DNA of 64,000 nucleotides from Escherichia coli (GTDB lineage Bacteria; Pseudomonadota; Gammaproteobacteria; Enterobacterales; Enterobacteriaceae): NCBI RefSeq assembly GCF_011045215.1, contig NZ_CP049201.1; one strand, 5' to 3'. Shown piece by piece: positions 57,423 to 64,000 of this stretch (position 1 is its first letter; each line of letters starts with the position of its first letter). The notes under the pieces were generated by a model. It saw only the letters and a program-made list of their open reading frames with translations, ran no database searches and was not told where the DNA came from. The position numbers and the translations under genes were made by a program.

Positions 57423-58811
57423 ATGGAAAACAAGTCTGCTCGTGCAAAGGTCCAGGCTTTTGGGGGCTTTTTGACTGCAATGGTCATCCCCAATATTGGT
57501 GCTTTTATTGCCTGGGGTTTTATTACTGCGTTATTTATTCCCACCGGTTGGCTGCCTAACGAACATTTCGCCAAAATTGTCGGCCCGATGATTACCTATT
57601 TATTGCCCGTGATGATTGGTTCTACCGGTGGTCATCTGGTCGGCGGTAAACGCGGCGCGGTTATGGGCGGAATAGGTACTATTGGTGTGATCGTCGGCGC
57701 AGAGATCCCGATGTTCCTTGGCTCAATGATTATGGGGCCGCTCGGTGGGCTGGTCATAAAATATGTCGATAAGGCACTGGAAAAACGCATACCTGCTGGT
57801 TTTGAGATGGTTATCAATAACTTCTCATTAGGTATCGCGGGGATGCTCCTTTGTCTGCTGGGTTTTGAAGTGATCGGCCCGGCGGTGTTAATTGCCAATA
57901 CTTTCGTCAAAGAGTGTATTGAGGCGCTGGTACATGCGGGTTATCTGCCTCTGCTGTCAGTCATCAATGAACCGGCGAAAGTGCTTTTCCTTAATAATGC
58001 GATCGATCAGGGCGTCTATTATCCGCTGGGAATGCAACAGGCTTCGGTTAACGGTAAATCCATCTTCTTTATGGTGGCCTCTAACCCAGGTCCGGGCCTG
58101 GGGCTGCTGCTGGCGTTTACCTTGTTTGGTAAAGGGATGAGTAAACGTTCTGCGCCCGGGGCGATGATTATTCACTTCCTCGGTGGGATCCACGAACTGT
58201 ATTTCCCATATGTGCTGATGAAGCCGCTGACTATTATTGCCATGATTGCGGGCGGTATGTCTGGCACCTAGATGTTTAACTTACTGGACGGTGGTCTGGT
58301 GGCTGGCCCAAGTCCGGGGTCTATCTTTGCTTACCTGGCGCTGACGCCGAAAGGTTCGTTCCTGGCGACAATTGCCGGTGTTACGGTAGGTACCCTGGTG
58401 TCCTTTGCTATCACTTCGCTGATACTGAAGATGGAAAAAACGGTGGAAACGGAGAGCGAAGATGAGTTTGCTCAGTCAGCCAATGCGGTTAAGGCGATGA
58501 AACAAGAGGGTGCATTCTCGTTAAGCAGGGTTAAGCGTATCGCCTTTGTTTGCGATGCGGGGATGGGCTCCAGTGCGATGGGCGCGACCACCTTCCGTAA
58601 ACGCCTGGAAAAAGCGGGGCTGGCAATTGAAGTAAAACATTACGCCATAGAAAACGTGCCTGCGGATGCGGATATCGTCGTTACTCATGCCAGTCTGGAA
58701 GGGCGCGTGAAACGTGTGACGGATAAACCACTGATATTGATTAATAACTATATTGGCGATCCAAAACTCGACACTTTATTTAATCAATTAACCGCCGAAC
58801 ATAAACACTGA
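57423..58811 (+). pseudogene. cmtA: Mannitol-type PTS EIICB component CmtA interrupted by an in-frame TAG at 58269..58271
   Basis: ORFs 57423..58271 (282 aa) and 58272..58811 (179 aa) are in the same frame and abut; 282 + 1 + 179 = 462 codons, the length of intact K-12 CmtA. Confidence 0.6.
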
Positions 58812-58825
58812 TTACAGAGGTAAAA

Positions 58826-60103
58826 ATGAAAACCAAAGTTGCTGCTATTTATGGCAAGCGGGATGTCCGTCTGCGCGAATTTGAACTGCCAGAAATTACC
58901 GATAATGAATTACTGGTGAGTGTGATTTCTGACAGCGTCTGTTTATCCACCTGGAAAGCGGCGTTACTCGGTAGTGAACATAAACGCGTACCCGACGATT
59001 TAGAAAATCATCCGGTCATTACCGGGCATGAATGTGCTGGGGTTATTGTCGAAGTGGGTAAAAATCTCACTGGCAAATATAAAAAAGGCCAGCGTTTTGT
59101 ATTGCAACCGGCGATGGGGTTACCAAGCGGATATTCAGCGGGCTACAGCTACGAATATTTTGGCGGCAATGCCACTTATATGATTATTCCCGAAATCGCC
59201 ATTAATTTGGGCTGCGTATTACCGTATCACGGCTCTTATTTTGCTGCGGCGTCGCTGGCAGAGCCTATGTGCTGCATTATTGGTGCTTATCATGCCAATT
59301 ATCACACCACGCAATATGTTTATGAGCATCGCATGGGCGTCAAACCTGGCGGCAATATTGCACTGCTGGCGTGTGCAGGTCCGATGGGCATTGGCGCTAT
59401 CGATTACGCCATTAACGGCGGCATACAACCGTCGCGGGTGGTGGTGGTCGATATCGACGACAAACGTCTGGCGCAGGTACAGAAGCTGCTGCCGGTGGAA
59501 CTGGCGGCCAGTAAAGGCATTGAGCTGGTGTATGTGAATACCAAAGGGATGAGCGATCCTGTCCAGATGCTGCGGGCGCTGACAGGAGATGCCGGGTTCG
59601 ATGACATTTTTGTTTATGCGGCGGTGCCTGCTGTCGTTGAGATGGCTGATGAATTACTGGCGGAAGATGGCTGTCTGAACTTCTTTGCCGGGCCGACGGA
59701 TAAAAACTTCAAAGTGCCGTTTAATTTCTACAACGTTCATTACAACAGCACGCACGTCGTCGGTACATCCGGCGGTTCAACGGACGACATGAAAGAGGCA
59801 ATTGCCCTTAGCGCCACTGGGCAGTTACAGCCGTCGTTTATGGTGACCCATATCGGTGGCCTGGATGCGGTGCCAGAAACCGTGCTCAATCTGCCGGATA
59901 TCCCTGGCGGTAAAAAACTCATTTATAACGGCGTGACCATGCCGCTCACTGCCATTGCCGATTTTGCCGAAAAAGGCAAAACCGAACCGCTGTTTAAAGA
60001 GTTGGCGCGGCTGGTTGAGGAAACGCACGGCATCTGGAATGAACAGGCCGAGAAATATCTGCTGGCACAATTTGGCGTTGATATCGGGGAGGCCGCGCAA
60101 TGA
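58826..60103 (+). CDS. yggP: Zinc-type alcohol dehydrogenase-like protein YggP
   Basis: 425 aa, medium-chain dehydrogenase/reductase motifs (GHECAG, glycine-rich NAD site GPMGIGA). Confidence 0.7.
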   Translation: MKTKVAAIYGKRDVRLREFELPEITDNELLVSVISDSVCLSTWKAALLGSEHKRVPDDLENHPVITGHECAGVIVEVGKNLTGKYKKGQRFVLQPAMGLPSGYSAGYSYEYFGGNATYMIIPEIAINLGCVLPYHGSYFAAASLAEPMCCIIGAYHANYHTTQYVYEHRMGVKPGGNIALLACAGPMGIGAIDYAINGGIQPSRVVVVDIDDKRLAQVQKLLPVELAASKGIELVYVNTKGMSDPVQMLRALTGDAGFDDIFVYAAVPAVVEMADELLAEDGCLNFFAGPTDKNFKVPFNFYNVHYNSTHVVGTSGGSTDDMKEAIALSATGQLQPSFMVTHIGGLDAVPETVLNLPDIPGGKKLIYNGVTMPLTAIADFAEKGKTEPLFKELARLVEETHGIWNEQAEKYLLAQFGVDIGEAAQ

Positions 60104-61065
60104 TGTCCCTGGCGTGGCCATTATTTCGCGTTACGGAACAGGCAGCATTGGCTGCCTGGCCGCAAACCGGATGTGGCGACAAAAATAAAATTGATGGCCT
60201 GGCGGTCACCGCGATGCGCCAGGCATTAAACGACGTCGCTTTTCGTGGACGAGTGGTTATCGGCGAAGGAGAAATTGACCATGCGCCGATGCTGTGGATT
60301 GGCGAAGAGGTGGGCAAAGGCGATGGGCCAGAAGTCGATATCGCGGTTGATCCCATTGAAGGCACGCGGATGGTGGCGATGGGGCAGAGCAATGCGCTGG
60401 CGGTCATGGCTTTCGCCCCTCGAGATAGCCTGTTACATGCGCCTGATATGTATATGAAAAAGCTGGTTGTTAATCGACTGGCTGCCGGGGCGATTGATCT
60501 GTCTTTGCCTCTGGCGGACAACTTGCGTAACGTGGCGCGGGCGTTAGGTAAACCGCTGGACAAGCTGCGCATGGTTACGCTGGATAAACCGCGTCTGAGT
60601 GCCGCGATTGAGGAAGCAACACAGCTGGGGGTGAAAGTTTTTGCCCTGCCGGATGGCGATGTCGCCGCCAGCGTGCTGACCTGCTGGCAGGATAATCCTT
60701 ACGACGTGATGTACACCATCGGCGGCGCGCCGGAAGGCGTGATTTCTGCCTGTGCAGTCAAAGCGTTAGGCGGAGATATGCAGGCGGAATTAATCGATTT
60801 TTGTCAGGCTAAAGGGGATTACACGGAGAATCGGCAGATTGCAGAGCAGGAACGCAAGCGTTGCAAGGCAATGGGCGTTGACGTTAACCGTGTGTACTCG
60901 CTCGACGAACTGGTGAGGGGGAACGATATCCTCTTTAGCGCTACGGGCGTCACGGGCGGCGAGCTGGTGAACGGTATCCAACAGACGGCGAATGGGGTGC
61001 GGACGCAGACATTACTGATCGGCGGCGCGGACCAAACGTGTAATATAATAGACTCCCTGCATTGA
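60100..61065 (+). CDS. yggF: Fructose-1,6-bisphosphatase class II (GlpX-like) YggF
   Basis: 321 aa, GlpX-family sequence; overlaps the yggP stop. Confidence 0.75.
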   Translation: MMSLAWPLFRVTEQAALAAWPQTGCGDKNKIDGLAVTAMRQALNDVAFRGRVVIGEGEIDHAPMLWIGEEVGKGDGPEVDIAVDPIEGTRMVAMGQSNALAVMAFAPRDSLLHAPDMYMKKLVVNRLAAGAIDLSLPLADNLRNVARALGKPLDKLRMVTLDKPRLSAAIEEATQLGVKVFALPDGDVAASVLTCWQDNPYDVMYTIGGAPEGVISACAVKALGGDMQAELIDFCQAKGDYTENRQIAEQERKRCKAMGVDVNRVYSLDELVRGNDILFSATGVTGGELVNGIQQTANGVRTQTLLIGGADQTCNIIDSLH

Positions 61066-61086
61066 TGGTGATCTATCGGAAGACCA

Positions 61087-61596
61087 ATGGCGACGCTGAC
61101 AGAAGATGATGTGCTTGAGCAACTGGATGCACAGGACAATTTATTTTCATTTATGAAAACTGCGCATTCTATTTTGCTCCAGGGAATACGCCAGTTTCTG
61201 CCGTCGCTGTTTGTCGATAACGATGAAGAGATCGTGGAATATGCAGTGAAGCCGTTACTTGCCCAAAGCGGCCCGCTTGACGATATTGATGTTGCGCTGC
61301 GTTTGATTTATGCGCTGGGGAAAATGGATAAATGGCTGTACGCCGATATCACTCATTTTTCCCAGTTCTGGCATTACCTGAACGAACAGGATGAAGCGCC
61401 CGGATTTGCCGATGACATGACCTGGGATTTTATCAGCAACGTCAATAGCATAACCCGCAATGCGATGCTCTATGACGCGTTAAAAGCGATGAAGTTCGCT
61501 GATTTCGCCGTCTGGTCAGAGGCGCGTTTTAGCGGGATGGTCAAAACGGCGCTGACGCTGGCAGTAACGACCACCTTAAAGGAATTAACGCCGTGA
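61087..61596 (+). CDS. yggD: MtlR-like regulator YggD
   Basis: 169 aa in the K-12 yggD position. Confidence 0.6.
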   Translation: MATLTEDDVLEQLDAQDNLFSFMKTAHSILLQGIRQFLPSLFVDNDEEIVEYAVKPLLAQSGPLDDIDVALRLIYALGKMDKWLYADITHFSQFWHYLNEQDEAPGFADDMTWDFISNVNSITRNAMLYDALKAMKFADFAVWSEARFSGMVKTALTLAVTTTLKELTP

Positions 61597-62306
61597 AAAT
61601 TGAATTAACGGTGAATGGGCTGAACGTGCAAGCGCAGTACCATGAGGAAGAGATAAAACGCGTGCATAAACCGTTGCTGCGCATGTTGGCGGCCTTACAG
61701 ACGGTAAATCCGCAGCGGCGAACCGTGGTTTTTCTTTGCGCTCCGCCGGGAACGGGAAAATCGACCCTGACTACCTTCTGGGAATATCTCGCGCAACAAG
61801 ACCCCGAACTGCCCGCTATCCAGACGCTCCCGATGGATGGTTTTCACCATTACAATAGCTGGCTGGATGCGCATCAGCTACGCCCGTACAAAGGCGCGCC
61901 GCAGACATTTGATGTGGCAAAACTGGCAGAAAAATTGCGCCAGGCAGTGCAGGGCGACTGTACGTGGCCGCAGTACGATCGACAAAAACATGATCCGGTA
62001 GAAGATGCGTTGCATGTTACCGCACCAATAATCATCGTCGAAGGAAACTGGCTATTGCTGGATGACGAGAAGTGGCGCCAGCTTGCGCAATTTTGTGATT
62101 TCTCGATCTTTATTAACGCGCCCGCAGCGGCGTTGCGGGAGCGTCTGGTGGGGCGCAAGCTGGCGGGAGGGTTATCGCTGGCAGACGCAGAAGCTTTTTA
62201 TGACCGTACCGACGGGCCGAATGTTCGCCGGGTGCTGGAAGAGAGTCTGCCTGCAAATTTGACCTTAATGATGACCGCTACGGGTGAATATCGTCTGGTG
62301 GATTAA
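61593..62306 (+). CDS. yggC: P-loop kinase-like protein YggC
   Basis: 237 aa with Walker A PPGTGKST. Confidence 0.6.
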   Translation: MKIELTVNGLNVQAQYHEEEIKRVHKPLLRMLAALQTVNPQRRTVVFLCAPPGTGKSTLTTFWEYLAQQDPELPAIQTLPMDGFHHYNSWLDAHQLRPYKGAPQTFDVAKLAEKLRQAVQGDCTWPQYDRQKHDPVEDALHVTAPIIIVEGNWLLLDDEKWRQLAQFCDFSIFINAPAAALRERLVGRKLAGGLSLADAEAFYDRTDGPNVRRVLEESLPANLTLMMTATGEYRLVD

Positions 62307-62988
62307 TGTTCCTGATTAGACCATCTTCCAGTCGCACCACACGAGAGAAATGACGCCGGGTAAATGCGGCGTCATGACTGATTGCTACGACGCTCGTGCC
62401 TCGCTGGCGGCACTTCTCCAGCCAGCTTTCAAACACGCTCAACCAATTTTCGTCAAAATCCCGACTCGGCTCGTCCAGCAGCAATAGTGGCGGAGAGAGT
62501 GCTTCCAGGCAGGCGACGGCGACCATCCGTCGCTGCGCACTATGCAGATCCAACGGGTGCGCGCTGGCAGTGTCTGCTAACTGACAACATTGCAGGGCAG
62601 CATGGGTACGTTGAGTGATTTCATCCGCCGGGCATTTTTGCAGTTTCAAACCAAATGCGATCTCGTCAGCGACGGTGCTGTGAAAAAGTTGGTTTTCCGC
62701 TTCCTGAAACAGTACGCCAATCTTTGCCGCGCGCTGGCGGTTTTTCAGGTTTTTCATCGCCTGTTGTTGCCGCATAACCGTACCGGCTGTGGGCGTAAGA
62801 AGACCTGCCATTACTCGTAACAGCGTCGATTTCCCTGCGCCATTGTCACCGGTCAGCGCCAACCATTCACCTTGTTTGAGTTGCAGAGAAATGTCGCAAA
62901 GACAATCCGTTGCCGCGCCAGGCCAGCGATAAGATATCTGATTTAACGTTAACATAGTGGCTGGAGCGCTCCGTTTTGCAATTGCCAC
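62278..62988 (-). CDS. ABC transporter ATP-binding protein (ECF/cobalt-type)
   Basis: Walker A GDNGAGKST, Walker B LLLLDEP, degenerate signature motif. Confidence 0.6.
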   Translation of the reverse strand: MAIAKRSAPATMLTLNQISYRWPGAATDCLCDISLQLKQGEWLALTGDNGAGKSTLLRVMAGLLTPTAGTVMRQQQAMKNLKNRQRAAKIGVLFQEAENQLFHSTVADEIAFGLKLQKCPADEITQRTHAALQCCQLADTASAHPLDLHSAQRRMVAVACLEALSPPLLLLDEPSRDFDENWLSVFESWLEKCRQRGTSVVAISHDAAFTRRHFSRVVRLEDGLIRNINPPDDIHP

Positions 62989-63632
62989 GCTTGCTGGCAG
63001 TAGTTCAGGAAAGGTGTGCGATGACGTTCAAAAAGAATAATCAGCGAACCACGTTCAAACGCCCAGTGTTGTAATCGCTGCAACAGCATTTCGCTGGCCT
63101 GCGGCGTCAGGCGGCTAAAGGCTTCATCAAGAATTAATAGCTTTGGCTGCATCGCGATGGCGCAGGCGATGACCACGCGCTGTGTCTCTCCACCGGAGAG
63201 TGTTGCTGGGTGACGATGGCGCAACGGCTGGCACTCGGTCAGAGTCAGGGCGGCATCAATCCGCGCCATAATCTCTGCTTCAGCAAGACACAGATTTTCT
63301 GGCCCAAAGGCAACTTCTTCTTCCACGCTAAAGGTACAGCCGGAGAGCTGCAAATAGGGCGATTGCTGGACGAGCTGGATGGTGGCGGATTGTTCATTAA
63401 GCGGGAGATGCCCAATGGGCGTACCGAGGAGCGTCCCCGTGCCTGTTATCTCTCCTGGCAGAAAGTCCGGATACCAGCCCGCCATCAGCTGTGCCAGCGT
63501 ACTTTTGCCACTGCCGTTGTCACCAAAGATGGCGACCATCCCCGGTTTGACATAGTGAAAGTTATAACAGAACGGAGGATGCGTTGAGTGTGTCGGGCAA
63601 TAACGGAACTGTTCTAACGTAACCATATCCAC
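62949..63632 (-). CDS. ABC transporter ATP-binding protein (ECF/cobalt-type), second ATPase
   Basis: Walker A GDNGSGKST, signature LSGGETQR, Walker B LLILDEA. Confidence 0.6.
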   Translation of the reverse strand: MDMVTLEQFRYCPTHSTHPPFCYNFHYVKPGMVAIFGDNGSGKSTLAQLMAGWYPDFLPGEITGTGTLLGTPIGHLPLNEQSATIQLVQQSPYLQLSGCTFSVEEEVAFGPENLCLAEAEIMARIDAALTLTECQPLRHRHPATLSGGETQRVVIACAIAMQPKLLILDEAFSRLTPQASEMLLQRLQHWAFERGSLIILFERHRTPFLNYCQQAWQLQNGALQPLC

Positions 63633-64000
63633 GCTCCGAATTCTGTCAGCATCAGCAAGATCATGGTGTAACGCGCTACGCGTTGTAGGGTGCTATCGGC
63701 TGGTGCCCACAACGTTGTTCGTCGGTTGTGGATCCGAAATGCCCGCATATCCAGCGCCGCACCGCGGACAGCAAGATCGTTTAGCGCATTGTGTGTTAGC
63801 GGAATAATTAACGCGGGCATCGCACGTAAACGCTGATACCAGCCCTCATCCAGCGGCACGCCGCGGGCACGCTGCGCTTCATGAATAATCGCTAATTGCC
63901 GTTTTAACTGCTCAACGACCAATAACGGACCGGCAAACAGATAAGCGACGCCTGGCGGCAGGCGAGAAGCAAACAGAGCGCGGATAAAACATTGCACGGG
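63614..64000 (-). CDS. ECF/CbiQ-type transporter transmembrane component, N-terminus outside the window
   Basis: Partial ORF running off the right edge, co-oriented and overlapping with the two ATPase genes. Confidence 0.4.
   Translation of the reverse strand, partial: PVQCFIRALFASRLPPGVAYLFAGPLLVVEQLKRQLAIIHEAQRARGVPLDEGWYQRLRAMPALIIPLTHNALNDLAVRGAALDMRAFRIHNRRTTLWAPADSTLQRVARYTMILLMLTEFGAWIWLR

Noticed and set aside
59994..60572. 192-aa ORF on the minus strand
   Set aside because: Antisense to the yggP/yggF junction; shadow ORF

Overview
This window reads as an Escherichia coli-type chromosome in two parts. Positions ~22,000-64,000 are conserved core backbone in the reverse orientation to the K-12 map (yqgA, speC, nupG, mltC, yggX, mutY, trmB, yggL, yggN, ansB, yggM, hemW, rdgB, yggU, yggT, yggS, yggR, ruvX, yqgE, gshB, rsmE, endA, sprT, galP, metK, yqgB, speA, speB, loiP, tktA, cmtB, cmtA, yggP, yggF, yggD, yggC). 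Four small insertions relative to the K-12 order, as I remember it, interrupt this backbone: a TRAP transporter operon between yggM and hemW, a lipoprotein gene between speA and speB, an ABC/ECF-type transporter after yggC, and REP/BIME clusters. Positions 1-~21,780 are an AT-rich genomic island inserted at the 3' end of tRNA-Phe (pheV-type), with an intact P4-type integrase next to the tRNA and at least two further decayed integrase 3' fragments, indicating a composite island. The island carries a Tia/Hek-family outer-membrane protein gene followed by a small zinc-ribbon gene and a LeoA/LeoBC-like bacterial dynamin (Eleos-like) locus. It also carries a partial second copy of this module (tia 5' remnant, zinc-ribbon paralog, EcsC-family gene), a phosphoethanolamine-transferase-family gene, an MFS transporter, a membrane GGDEF diguanylate cyclase, a TPR-like protein, an AraC-family regulator, a frameshifted HAD-type 5'-nucleotidase-like gene and an HNH nuclease. 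The most unusual sequence-level observation is three in-frame TAG codons interrupting otherwise intact long ORFs: two in the leoBC-like dynamin gene and one in cmtA. All calls rest on reading the six-frame translations and remembered family motifs; no database search was run.
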